Source: Fidelibacterota bacterium TCS56 | GTDB lineage: Bacteria; Fidelibacterota; Marinisomatia; Marinisomatales; TCS56 | NCBI GenBank assembly: GCA_001577055.1 | Contig: LSCG01000004.1 | Span: forward strand, 1 to 43,827 | DNA: 43,827 nucleotides | Direction: 5' to 3' | Part shown: positions 19,124 through 28,902 of the stretch, one piece after another | How the letters are laid out: each line of letters opens with the position of its first letter | Numbering within the stretch: position 1 is the first letter of the stretch | Made by a program: the position numbers and the translations under genes | Notes under the pieces: generated by a model | Databases searched by the model: none | Seen by the model: the letters and a program-made list of their open reading frames with translations, nothing else | What the model was told of the DNA's origin: nothing

Positions 19124-19498
19124 ATGCGAGTCTTTATTGCCGATGATTCAGATTTGCTGCGTGAGCGCCTGATTGGCCTCATTACTGAGATTCCCGGTGT
19201 CATGATTAGTGGTCAGGCTGATAATGTCGGTGACGCTATAAGCGCCATTCAGATTGAAAAGCCGGAAGTAATTATCCTTGATATTAGAATGCCGGGCGGT
19301 AGCGGGATTGATGTGTTAAAGACGGTCAAGTCCGATCTCCCCGCCTCGGTGGTTATCGTTCTTACCAATTATTCTTATTCCCAGTATCGCAAGATTTGTC
19401 TGGATGCCGGCGCCGATTATTTTTTTGAGAAAACCAGTGAATTTGATCGTATTCCCGCCATTCTGAACGAGCTGCGCCTACCCATCGCCGAATCTTGA
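19124..19498 (+). CDS. Single-domain response regulator (REC only)
   Basis: MRVFIADDS, ILDIRMPGGSG, VLT, GADYFFEK. No output domain. Confidence 0.9.
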   Translation: MRVFIADDSDLLRERLIGLITEIPGVMISGQADNVGDAISAIQIEKPEVIILDIRMPGGSGIDVLKTVKSDLPASVVIVLTNYSYSQYRKICLDAGADYFFEKTSEFDRIPAILNELRLPIAES

Positions 19499-20305
19499 AT
19501 TGACCTGGTTTTCCCGCTCCAGCTCTTCTTGAAGTATATTGTGCAGTAACCCGTTGGATGCTAAAATCTGATCATCGAAGATGGAATAGGCACTGCCATC
19601 GAATCGGGAGATACAGCCACCGGCTTCCGTAACCAGCAATAATCCTGCTGCCGTATCCCAGGGATGGAGATCGTACTCCCAGAAACCATCTGCCTTGCCA
19701 CTGGCTACGTGGGCCAAATCAACGGCAGCGGCTCCCAGCCGGCGAACGCCCTGAGTAATGTCTGTCAGGTGTTTAAAAAGGCCCATATTCTTTTCCCATT
19801 TCCGGCCATGGTGGTAGCCAAAACCAGTTACCAGCAGTGATTTCCTCATTTCGGTGGTCCGTGAAACGCTAATAGACTGGCCGTTACAAAAAGCGCCTTT
19901 CCCGACACTGGCGGTATAAGTGTTGCCGGCCGGTAGTTCAACGATTACCGCTACCACCGGTTGGCGTTGGAAAAATATGCCGATCGAAACCGCATACGAA
20001 GGGTAGCCATGGACAAAATTAGTGGTCCCGTCCAGCGGATCGATGACCCACAGATAATCTGACTTCAAGGCACTCCAGCCGCTTTCTTCCGCCAGAATTT
20101 GATGATGGGGATATACAGTCCTGATTCGATCAGTGATAATTTGTTCGGAATTATGATCGACTTCGGTAACCAGGTCGGTTGCGCCTTTGTAATCTATCTC
20201 AAGTACTTTATCGCTGCTTCTACGAATATATTCGGCCGCTGTTTCTCCCGCTTGAACGGCCGTCCGTTCTAATTCCGTCAGGATAGCCGGGTCACAATCA
20301 ATCAT
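19478..20305 (-). CDS. suhB: Inositol monophosphatase family protein
   Basis: DLVTEVD, ILAEE, WVIDPLDGTTNFVHG, RRLGAAAVDL, WDTAAG. Start placed at the ATG overlapping the symporter stop. Confidence 0.9.
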   Translation of the reverse strand: MIDCDPAILTELERTAVQAGETAAEYIRRSSDKVLEIDYKGATDLVTEVDHNSEQIITDRIRTVYPHHQILAEESGWSALKSDYLWVIDPLDGTTNFVHGYPSYAVSIGIFFQRQPVVAVIVELPAGNTYTASVGKGAFCNGQSISVSRTTEMRKSLLVTGFGYHHGRKWEKNMGLFKHLTDITQGVRRLGAAAVDLAHVASGKADGFWEYDLHPWDTAAGLLLVTEAGGCISRFDGSAYSIFDDQILASNGLLHNILQEELERENQVNSRFGDG

Positions 20306-21905
20306 TATAGGTTTTTTTAATGTAAGGCTGGTGATCCCGGGCAAAATACGATTTGCTCATCTTTCGCAGTGCGCCGGCCAGCAGGATGATTGATATCAAA
20401 TTGGGAAAGGTCATAAATCCCAGGGCCGCATCGCCGAAAGCCCAGGCCGCCTCCAGCGGAATAATCGCCCCGAGAAAAATAAAGACCACGTACACCCAGC
20501 GATAAGGCAGGATGGCCTTATTCCCGAACAGATATTCGGAGGCGCGGTCACCGTAAAACGACCAACTGATAGCAGTGGAAATGGCAAACAACAGCACCGA
20601 AATTGTTACGATTTTATCACCACCAGGAAACAGCCAGGCCAGACCTGATTCAAAAGCCATCGAGGTTAGCAGGCTGCCATTGAGTAATTCGGTGGTGAAA
20701 TTTGGATCGATTCGATTGACATAGAAGGCTGTATGCTTCCAGGCGCCGGTGGTTAAAATCGTCAGGCCGGTGAGCGTACAGATCGTAATCGTATCGATAA
20801 ACGGTCCCAGCATAGCAACCGTCCCTTCACGAACCGGGTGTTTTGTCTTCGCGGTGGAATGGGCGATGGCAGCGCTGCCCTGACCGGCTTCATTGGAATA
20901 TAATCCTCTTTTGATTCCCCAGAGCATCGTGTTCATGAACACCAGAAAAGCACCACTGCCTACACCGGCAATCTCGGCCGGCGGATTAAAGGCCCAACGG
21001 AATATCATTCCCAGACTGGTGCCTAAAGCTCCCAGATGTGACAGTACAATTAAAAGCGTGGCCGATACGTAAACCAGCGCCATAAACGGAGCCAGGATAC
21101 CGGTTACATGACCGATCCGCCGGATACCGCCGATAATTACCATGGCCACCAGCACCGCCATGATAATACCATTGATCACCTGCTGGACGGATAGTGCGAA
21201 TCCGTCGAATAACTGGTGCTTTAAAGTCAGGAAATGGGTGGTTCCCACAATTTGCGAAACTTCAGAATATACCTGGTCCGAAACAGTGAATGACTGCACG
21301 GCATTGCCGGTGGCAAATGAACAAATGATGGCAAAAGCAGCAAAAGCCACCGCCAGCCAGCGCCATTGCCGGCCCAGGCCATGTTCGATCGTGTACATGG
21401 GGCCGCCGGCTGTGGCCCCATCAGGGCGTATTTCCCGATATTTCATGGACAGGGTACATTCAGCGTATTTCAGGGTTGTGCCGAAAAAGGCTGTTATCCA
21501 CATCCAGAAAATGGCGCCCGGACCACCGTAGTAAATGGCAGTGGCCACCCCGGCGATATTGCCGATGCCGACCGTGGCCGAAAGGGCGGTTGTTAAGGCA
21601 CGGAAATGATTGAGGTCCCCGGCGTCTTGGGGATCATCATAAACACCCATGGTAACTTTAACACCATGCCAGAAATGGCGGATTTGGGGAAAGCCCAGTT
21701 TTACCGTAACAAAAACCCCGGTACCCACCAGAACCAGTACCATGAGCGGGATGGCGCCCAGTGGTAAATCTTCACTGGGGAAATTCTTGATAAAATCGAA
21801 ATTGCCCGGGAATGACCACACCGCCTCAAAGGGGCCGATGCCCAGTATAATTAAGATAGTGGCAATAATCCCAAATGCAATCAGTCCGGCGGTGGCGCGA
21901 TTCAT
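20298..21905 (-). CDS. Sodium:alanine/glycine symporter (AGCS family)
   Basis: ALSATVGIGNIAGVATAI..GGPGAIFWMW, GGPMY, RGLYSNEAGQGSA, FIDTITICTLT. Confidence 0.95.
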   Translation of the reverse strand: MNRATAGLIAFGIIATILIILGIGPFEAVWSFPGNFDFIKNFPSEDLPLGAIPLMVLVLVGTGVFVTVKLGFPQIRHFWHGVKVTMGVYDDPQDAGDLNHFRALTTALSATVGIGNIAGVATAIYYGGPGAIFWMWITAFFGTTLKYAECTLSMKYREIRPDGATAGGPMYTIEHGLGRQWRWLAVAFAAFAIICSFATGNAVQSFTVSDQVYSEVSQIVGTTHFLTLKHQLFDGFALSVQQVINGIIMAVLVAMVIIGGIRRIGHVTGILAPFMALVYVSATLLIVLSHLGALGTSLGMIFRWAFNPPAEIAGVGSGAFLVFMNTMLWGIKRGLYSNEAGQGSAAIAHSTAKTKHPVREGTVAMLGPFIDTITICTLTGLTILTTGAWKHTAFYVNRIDPNFTTELLNGSLLTSMAFESGLAWLFPGGDKIVTISVLLFAISTAISWSFYGDRASEYLFGNKAILPYRWVYVVFIFLGAIIPLEAAWAFGDAALGFMTFPNLISIILLAGALRKMSKSYFARDHQPYIKKTYND

Positions 21906-22027
21906 CTTGACCCCTCAAATATGGTTTTAAGTGAGCGACAAATTATAATTTCTGTTTTACCAGACAAAACAGAAAAAGGCCCAAAACTGTAATTTGATAC
22001 TTTGTAATTATTAATGCAAATTATGCT

Positions 22028-24514
22028 ATGATTTCTAATCGAATATATACGTACTATAGGACATATCCGGCGGTATTCCTGGCAGGCTGTCTGATTATCG
22101 GAATTCTTATCGGTCGAAATATTAATTCAATTATACCGGCATTTATGCTGATGTTAATCTGCGGACTGTTGTTGATTGTCGCAGGTCGCCCCGCATTGAC
22201 CTGGTGGCTGGTCCTGGTGATTGGCTGCGGTTGGTTAGGCAGCGGGTTAGACATGATCGAGAGGAGGGCAAAAAGTAAGGCGATTCACCATTTCCAGCGT
22301 AACCAGGTTCGATATCGCGGGGTGGTAAACCATGTTAGTTCAAGTAGTGACCGGCAGCGGATAGAGATGATTAATTTGTCACTCGTGGCGAACGGGCAGC
22401 GATATACCGGTGCTGCTAAATTTCTGGTTTACCTCGAGGAAAACTTACCGGTGGCGATCGGAGATACCGTCAGCGGCTCTGGTCGGTTTTATGAATTAGC
22501 CGGGAAGCGTAATCCCGGTGACTTTGATTTCAGAAGCTACTACCAGCGGCAAAATATCTTCGGGCGGATCTATCAGGGGAATAAAACAAATCCAGTGATT
22601 TATCCGGACAGTAGTGTTTCGGCGCGGCGAACCTTGGATAATATCCGGCAGGCGATTCGTCTGATGATTGATCGTCAGGCAGGTGGCCAGGCCGGCGGAT
22701 TGGTCAACGCCCTGATTCTGGGAGACAAATCAGGCATCGATCCGGATACAAGGGACGCTTTCATTATCTCCGGTGTTGTGCACGTACTGGCGGTGTCAGG
22801 CTTGCATGTGGGGTATGTTTTATTGATTTTTACTGCCATCGGGGGAGACAAATCAGGCATCGATCCGGATACGCGGGACGCCTTTATTGTCTCCGGTGTT
22901 GTACATGTGCTGGCGGTGTCAGGATTGCATGTCGGATACGTATTACTGATATTTACCGCCCTCGGCCGCATACTACGTCTTCCCTGGGGCTGGGATAAGC
23001 TGATGGTAATATTAGCCTTGATGGCCTTTGCCACCCTCACCGGCGGCAAACCCAGTGTGGTTCGCGCAACTCTGATGGCAGCGGTCTATGTTCTAGCCCC
23101 GCTGGTCAACCGCAATTCCAATTTGGCTAATATTATCGCGGTCTCCGCTCTGGTTTTGTTGTTGATTAAACCGGATTATATCGTTGATCCCGGGTTTCTG
23201 CTAAGCTTCACTGCCGTTATCTCGATTGTCATCTTCTATAACCTGTTCAATAATCTATTGCCGCTCAATTGGCGCGTGAATGAAATTAAGAACCCTGGAC
23301 TTAAAACGCTTTGGGGATTGACACTGGTTTCATTAAGCGCCCAGTTAGGCACGCTTCCATTGACAATTATGTATTTTCAAAGGATTCCGGTGATTGCCTT
23401 ACTGGCCAACCTGATGGTGGTGCCGCTGGTGGGAGTGCTGGTAGCCTGTGGTTTCCTGTTATTGCTGGTCGGGTGGTTCCCATTGATCGGGTTTATCGTC
23501 GGCAGTGCGGCTAAACTGGTGGCAGAGACCATAATTATCCTGACCAGCGGACTGGCACGGATACCCAACGCCTCACTTAATTTCACGCAACCGGACTGGC
23601 TTGATCTCACCGTATATCTGGCACTCGTCTCGATTCTGTTCCTGATCAAATATCAAAAATTCAGCAAAGTGCTCATCATTAGCCTGGTAACCGCAAATTT
23701 AGTTGTCTGGCAATGGGCCGTTGAGCGCGATACCATGGATCTGGTTTTTATGGATGTGGGTCAGGGAGATGCCTGTTTAATTGTGACTCCCGATCATCAG
23801 GCTGTGCTGATAGATGCAGGAGAGAAAAACTATAGGGTTGATATGGGATCCAGGGTGGTTTTACCGGTATTGCGGCAGTTATCGGTGGAAAGAATCAAAT
23901 ACCTGGTGATGACCCATCCCCACAGTGATCATATCGGCGGTGTGACGTCGGTATTAAATGAGGTCTCGGTGGATACCATCTGGGATACAACGATAGATCA
24001 TCATTCGCAAATGTACGATGATATCAAAACGCAACTGCAGGTGAACGAAACTGCTTTAATCCATCCATTTGCCGGTGATACTCGCTGGTTGTTTCCAGCC
24101 CTGCATTTAGCCGTGCTGCTGCCAGACAGCGCGTATTTCAATCATTTGAAAAGTATCAATAATCGCAGCATCATTATTAAACTTATTTACGGAACTTGCA
24201 GTTTCCTGTTAATGGCCGATCTGGAACAGGAGGGTGAGGAGATTCTGTGCAGCCTGGGCGGGGGACTTAAAGCGGATATATTGAAAGCCGGTCATCACGG
24301 ATCAATCACCAGCACCCGGCCACGGTTTTTAGATCTGGTCGATCCTGAAATTGCTGTTATCTCTGTCGGAACGGGGAATAAGTTTCAACATCCATCGGCA
24401 ACCGTTATCAGCAGATTAACTGCGGCCGGTGTTCAACTTCACCGTACTGACCGGCAGCAGGCTTTGTGGCTCAGATCGGATGGCAGAAAAATATGGAAAA
24501 TGAACTGGAAATAA
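22028..24514 (+). CDS. comEC: DNA uptake channel ComEC/Rec2 (OB + Competence + metallo-beta-lactamase domains) with an internal 41-aa duplication
   Basis: RNPGDFDFRSY, HVLAVSGLHVG (twice), SVVRA, GFLLSF, DVGQGD, THPHSDHIGG, KAGHHGS. Confidence 0.95.
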   Translation: MISNRIYTYYRTYPAVFLAGCLIIGILIGRNINSIIPAFMLMLICGLLLIVAGRPALTWWLVLVIGCGWLGSGLDMIERRAKSKAIHHFQRNQVRYRGVVNHVSSSSDRQRIEMINLSLVANGQRYTGAAKFLVYLEENLPVAIGDTVSGSGRFYELAGKRNPGDFDFRSYYQRQNIFGRIYQGNKTNPVIYPDSSVSARRTLDNIRQAIRLMIDRQAGGQAGGLVNALILGDKSGIDPDTRDAFIISGVVHVLAVSGLHVGYVLLIFTAIGGDKSGIDPDTRDAFIVSGVVHVLAVSGLHVGYVLLIFTALGRILRLPWGWDKLMVILALMAFATLTGGKPSVVRATLMAAVYVLAPLVNRNSNLANIIAVSALVLLLIKPDYIVDPGFLLSFTAVISIVIFYNLFNNLLPLNWRVNEIKNPGLKTLWGLTLVSLSAQLGTLPLTIMYFQRIPVIALLANLMVVPLVGVLVACGFLLLLVGWFPLIGFIVGSAAKLVAETIIILTSGLARIPNASLNFTQPDWLDLTVYLALVSILFLIKYQKFSKVLIISLVTANLVVWQWAVERDTMDLVFMDVGQGDACLIVTPDHQAVLIDAGEKNYRVDMGSRVVLPVLRQLSVERIKYLVMTHPHSDHIGGVTSVLNEVSVDTIWDTTIDHHSQMYDDIKTQLQVNETALIHPFAGDTRWLFPALHLAVLLPDSAYFNHLKSINNRSIIIKLIYGTCSFLLMADLEQEGEEILCSLGGGLKADILKAGHHGSITSTRPRFLDLVDPEIAVISVGTGNKFQHPSATVISRLTAAGVQLHRTDRQQALWLRSDGRKIWKMNWK
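22721..22966 (+). repeat. In-frame tandem duplication, 2 x 123 nt
   Basis: 22721-22843 versus 22844-22966. First 29 nt identical. 18 differences counted by hand: 16 synonymous, 2 conservative (I/V, I/L). Confidence 0.97.
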
Positions 24515-25437
24515 TTGCGGGCGTGGATGAAGCCGGACGGGGTCCGCTGGCCGGGCCGGTGACGGCTGCGGCGGTGATCCTGCCAGAAGAATACGATTTG
24601 CCTGGACTTAACGATTCCAAAAAATTAACCACAAGGCGCCGCAATATTCTCTACGATCAAATCAAAAACTGCGCCATTGGTGTCGCTGTCGGCTGGGTCG
24701 AACCGGGGGAAATTGATCAAATAAATATTCTGAATGCCACCTTTAAGGCCATGAAGATCGCCTTGGGAAATTTACCGGTGACTCCAGATCGCGCCTTGAT
24801 TGATGGCGTCCCACTACCCACCCAGTTTATTCCCAATGAAGGCATCGTTAAAGGCGACGAGCAGATTGATTGCATCAAAGCCGCCTCGATTGTGGCCAAG
24901 GTGGAGCGTGATCGATACATGCAGCAGATGGAAGTTGTTTTCTCCGGGTATGACTTCGCTTCCAACAAAGGATATGGAACCGCGCGCCACCTGGAAGCAT
25001 TAGCAGAAAATATGGCCTGCCCAATTCATCGTCAGAGTTTTAATCCGGTTGCCAAGTACTATCCTACCGTAAATAGTCTCAGAAAATCCAATCGTCTGGG
25101 GTGGTGGGGTGAAAGGCTGGCCTGTCTTCACATCAATCGCCGGGGTGGCAAAATCCTGCAGACAAATTGTAATTGTCCGCCTTTTGGTGAGATTGATATC
25201 GTAGCTCAATGGGAGAATGAACGGGTCTTCACCGAGGTAAAAACCATAGCCAAATCTCAAATGGGTACTCCGGAGGAGAAAATCCAGAGAAGTAAGTTGG
25301 AGAAACTGCAACGTGCGATTGATAGGTATTGCCAGGAGAATGATTATCAGGGCGATATACGCCTGGATGCCTGCATTGTTAGAATCGACCGTGATGCGGC
25401 TCATCTTAAGTATTACCCGGGACTGTGGCTGGATTAG
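24493..25437 (+). CDS. rnhB: Ribonuclease HII fused to a C-terminal YraN (UPF0102) nuclease domain
   Basis: AGVDEAGRGPLAGPV, LNDSKKL, AASIVAKVERD, NKGYGT, HRQSF. Continues in frame into GWWGERLA...GEIDIVA...VFTEVK...IRLD (YraN). Confidence 0.92.
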   Translation: MENELEIIAGVDEAGRGPLAGPVTAAAVILPEEYDLPGLNDSKKLTTRRRNILYDQIKNCAIGVAVGWVEPGEIDQINILNATFKAMKIALGNLPVTPDRALIDGVPLPTQFIPNEGIVKGDEQIDCIKAASIVAKVERDRYMQQMEVVFSGYDFASNKGYGTARHLEALAENMACPIHRQSFNPVAKYYPTVNSLRKSNRLGWWGERLACLHINRRGGKILQTNCNCPPFGEIDIVAQWENERVFTEVKTIAKSQMGTPEEKIQRSKLEKLQRAIDRYCQENDYQGDIRLDACIVRIDRDAAHLKYYPGLWLD

Positions 25438-25482
25438 AAAAAATGGTATAGCGTTGAAATTGAATGGTCTAAATTTGACGAT

Positions 25483-26457
25483 ATGAATAATAAAGTAATT
25501 CGCGAAATCAAGTCAATCGGCATCATAATTGTAATTGCCTTCACGCTGAAGGCCACGATTATCGAGGCCTATATCGTACCTACCGGCAGCATGGAAAACA
25601 CGATCATGACCGGTGATTTTTTAATCGGATCGAAATTTGTTTACGGAATGCGCACTCCGGATTGGCTTGGGATTCCCTATACCGATATCGGCATTCCTTT
25701 GCCCTATATCCAGTTTCCTGAATTTCGCGAACCACGACCCGGTGATGTGATAATTTTTAAGTATCCACGGGATATTTTCCAAAAATATGTCAAACGCTGT
25801 GTTGCCGGTCCTGGCGATACGGTGGAGGTGCGCGATAAACTGTTATACGTGAACAGGGAGGAGTTTATACTGCCACCGGATGGAAAATACCTGGCGCCGG
25901 CCCTCTCAGCCGATTTTCGTCAGCCGGGTATATTTTTGCACGATCAGGGTAATCGTGATTATTTCAAGCCCTTGCGAATACCCGCCCAAGGTGATATAAT
26001 TCCTATTAACGAAAACACTGACTGGGAATATCTGCTTCCCATCCTGCTGCTGGACGACCATCGAGTCACGGTGAAAAAAGGCGATATGGAATATGAGTTT
26101 ACCATGTTTGAGCCCCAGGATGTTATCCGGCGTAAAAAACGGACGTCACCCCAGGAAATACTGGCGGAATATTTTCCTCAGGGCAAAAAACTGACGCCGT
26201 GGTCAGTCAAATACGATCCTTCCGTGGTAGCCGCCATATTGATTGACGGAAAGCCGGTAAACGAAATCTCGTCCTATGCGGTGGAACAGGATTACTACTG
26301 GATGATGGGCGACAACCGTGACGACAGTGCTGATTCACGTTTCTGGGGTTTTGTGCCCCGTAAATATGTTTTAGGCGAAGCAGTTTTCTCCTATATGTCC
26401 ATTGATTTCAATACCTGGTTACCCAGATTAAATCGAATAGGAACGATAATTCATTAA
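25483..26457 (+). CDS. lepB: Signal peptidase I with a large internal insertion
   Basis: VPTGSMENT, YVKRCVAGPGD, MMGDNRDDSADSRFWGFVP. Confidence 0.96.
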   Translation: MNNKVIREIKSIGIIIVIAFTLKATIIEAYIVPTGSMENTIMTGDFLIGSKFVYGMRTPDWLGIPYTDIGIPLPYIQFPEFREPRPGDVIIFKYPRDIFQKYVKRCVAGPGDTVEVRDKLLYVNREEFILPPDGKYLAPALSADFRQPGIFLHDQGNRDYFKPLRIPAQGDIIPINENTDWEYLLPILLLDDHRVTVKKGDMEYEFTMFEPQDVIRRKKRTSPQEILAEYFPQGKKLTPWSVKYDPSVVAAILIDGKPVNEISSYAVEQDYYWMMGDNRDDSADSRFWGFVPRKYVLGEAVFSYMSIDFNTWLPRLNRIGTIIH

Positions 26458-26557
26458 CTTGTTTGGACTTGCGTCTCTTAAGATAGCGCTGTATTTTGCC
26501 CTGTTTATCGGGCTAAATTTCCCTTAACAAGAATTATCGGAATCGAGGAGTATCCGT

Positions 26558-27448
26558 ATGCGAAAGACCACTATCGTGTTGACCTTTATCCTGGTTGCGG
26601 CCCATGCCCAGGAATTAGCCGATTCGGCCCAGGTAACCACCCCTGCCGATTCCGTTCAGTTGGCTGTTGATTCCGTCGCTGTAGCGCCAGACACAAATGT
26701 CGTTGTGCAAATGGACTCGGCTGCCGTGGGCGATTCGCTGGCTGTCCAGTCGGATTCGGATACTACCGCGATTTTGACCGAAGCCGGTGAAACGGACACG
26801 GTGGTCGCAGGCGAAGCGGCGCTGGTTCCTGAAATCATGCTCCATGATTCAATTCTGGCAATAATAAAATCTCCCGGGGGAAATGTACCTCCTGAATTGA
26901 GTTACGGGTACAAAGGATATCAGTGGGGCAGTACCAGCAATCAGATTCCGCGATTGGAATTTGCAGACTCCGTCCTGCAGTATGACACTACGATGCTGAG
27001 TTTATTGGCTACCCTCGGTCTTGATAATGTTCAAATGTCTTATTTCTATGCCGACAGCGGATTCTGGAAAATGGAAATTGTGTATCGTAACCTTGGATTT
27101 GATGTGGATTCACAGATTGATCAATTTTTAAGAATTGAAAAGAGCATCAGCGAGATATATGGTGTGCCGGCCAATACCAACCAGATTTTCAGTGGTCCGT
27201 CACCGTCATATAATGACCCACTGGATGTCAATTTTGCCCGGGTATTCTACCGCTCATCCTGGGTGCCGATCCCGGCGCGGATTGAGTTGCTGCTAACCAG
27301 TAATTTGGAACAAACCGCCATGGCCCTGCCGGTGTTTAGCGGTGATTTCAGTACTTTGCGCCTGGTGTATTATAATCCTGATTATCTCTACCATGATCCC
27401 GATTATCGCCAGGCCCGGGAAGTACCCAGTATTTTCGAAATATACTAG
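26558..27448 (+). CDS. Hypothetical secreted protein with a D-S/T-rich N-terminal linker
   Basis: GAGGAG RBS, signal peptide ending AHA-Q, low-complexity segment followed by a globular domain. Confidence 0.75.
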   Translation: MRKTTIVLTFILVAAHAQELADSAQVTTPADSVQLAVDSVAVAPDTNVVVQMDSAAVGDSLAVQSDSDTTAILTEAGETDTVVAGEAALVPEIMLHDSILAIIKSPGGNVPPELSYGYKGYQWGSTSNQIPRLEFADSVLQYDTTMLSLLATLGLDNVQMSYFYADSGFWKMEIVYRNLGFDVDSQIDQFLRIEKSISEIYGVPANTNQIFSGPSPSYNDPLDVNFARVFYRSSWVPIPARIELLLTSNLEQTAMALPVFSGDFSTLRLVYYNPDYLYHDPDYRQAREVPSIFEIY

Positions 27449-27450
27449 TT

Positions 27451-27897
27451 ATGCGGATTAATCCCGCCTTCTTCGGTGCGGTAATATTGTCAATCCAGTT
27501 TTCGTCTTGTCCGGAGCCAACCCGCATGGCCTGGCAGTTTGAATTTAACCAGCCCAAAGCCCGGGCATTCGCCCAATGCAGGACGGTGCTGGAAGATAAC
27601 GGCTACGATATTGAGGTCTATGCACCGGAAAGCTATTTCATTGTTACGACCGAGCGCAGCGATCACCATTTGCTGCAGAAATTTGATTACGCCCTGGTAC
27701 TGGTTTTCAATGACCGCTTGGATATTTATATCACAGCCAGCAAATATGTTTATAAACGTGGTTCTCAGTTGGCCTTACTGGGGCGTGAGATGTTGAATCA
27801 GGAAGCGGCTGATCGCCTACCTTATCGCCTGCAACGAAAAATTATCGAGCCGCTGCAATTATCCTTACAGGAATATCAAATTCTGCCAGTGCAATGA
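27451..27897 (+). CDS. Hypothetical protein, possible lipoprotein
   Basis: Hydrophobic N-terminus followed by FSSC (lipobox-like). Confidence 0.6.
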   Translation: MRINPAFFGAVILSIQFSSCPEPTRMAWQFEFNQPKARAFAQCRTVLEDNGYDIEVYAPESYFIVTTERSDHHLLQKFDYALVLVFNDRLDIYITASKYVYKRGSQLALLGREMLNQEAADRLPYRLQRKIIEPLQLSLQEYQILPVQ

Positions 27898-27998
27898 ATT
27901 TTGTGGGAAAACCGTGCATAGGGGCTGATTTATCCCGCAGGCATAATTAAATTAGATTTCAATTTTCACGCTTCCATAGGTAAACTCGAGTCAAGAAA

Positions 27999-28322
27999 AT
28001 GGCACTTGATTTTCAAACAGAGACCGGCCGCAAGGATTATCTGATCGAAAAATTAGATGATCTGACGGACGGTATAAATGCCACTTACGGCAAATCATTA
28101 TTAGACGAATTAGTAAATCGTCTCGAAAACACTGTGCAAGATTTTAATGATGAAGTCACTGAATTGATGGGACAATTAAAAGAAAACATGGCCCGCAAAC
28201 AGCAGATGCTTCACAATATTAAATCCGTAAAACCTGAACCTGAATCACCAACTCCCGTTGAACCTGCAAGCTCCGATTCCAATTTGAGTGAATGGGAGAA
28301 ACGCCTGGAGAATTTGGGATAA
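27999..28322 (+). CDS. Small helical protein of unknown function (paralog of 3382..3756)
   Basis: Shares the YG.SL..EL.NRLE.T...FNDEV.E core and S.WEKRLE.L tail with the ORF at 3382. Confidence 0.8.
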   Translation: MALDFQTETGRKDYLIEKLDDLTDGINATYGKSLLDELVNRLENTVQDFNDEVTELMGQLKENMARKQQMLHNIKSVKPEPESPTPVEPASSDSNLSEWEKRLENLG

Positions 28323-28343
28323 TAACTACCTACAGGGGATAAC

Positions 28344-28883
28344 ATGAACGTCAAGGATAAAATCATATTTGGATTAATCGTCGTATTATTAGTCGGAGGC
28401 GGGTATATTTATTATACTTATACCCAAATTATTGACACGATGGACCTGCTGGCCTCACAGGATGCTTTTACCAACGCTAGCGTGGAAAATCCTCTGATCG
28501 ATACTCATGTTACCGATGTTAATACCGATTTCGAAGAGCGTCTGGAGAAATTACGCCTGCAGTTTATTGGTCGTGCCAAACACGTGCGCAATAATAAGCT
28601 TGGCATAGAGGCCAACACCGAATTGATTGATTACAACACCGATTCGCTGTCCACACGCATCAGCGACGTGCAATTCAATCTGGATGAATTCGCCCGTGTT
28701 ACCGAGCGCGATTTGAAGAACCTGGAGCGTGATATTGAAGATGCCCAGGCCAGTTTTGATAATTATCGTCGCCGCACTTCCCGCAAAATTAGTGATATCG
28801 AGCAGACTGTTACTTCAGTTCAGAATGATGTGACCAAGTTGAACGAAGAAGTTTTCGAGAAGGAGAACGGGAAGGACCGCTAA
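28344..28883 (+). CDS. Single-pass membrane-anchored coiled-coil protein
   Basis: N-terminal TM helix followed by heptad-rich sequence. AGGGGA RBS. Confidence 0.75.
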   Translation: MNVKDKIIFGLIVVLLVGGGYIYYTYTQIIDTMDLLASQDAFTNASVENPLIDTHVTDVNTDFEERLEKLRLQFIGRAKHVRNNKLGIEANTELIDYNTDSLSTRISDVQFNLDEFARVTERDLKNLERDIEDAQASFDNYRRRTSRKISDIEQTVTSVQNDVTKLNEEVFEKENGKDR

Positions 28884-28902
28884 GCAATAATATCGCTAAG
28901 AT

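Noticed and set aside
19478-19498. Convergent 21-nt overlap of the REC-only gene and suhB
   Set aside because: Short tail-to-tail overlaps are ordinary in compact genomes.
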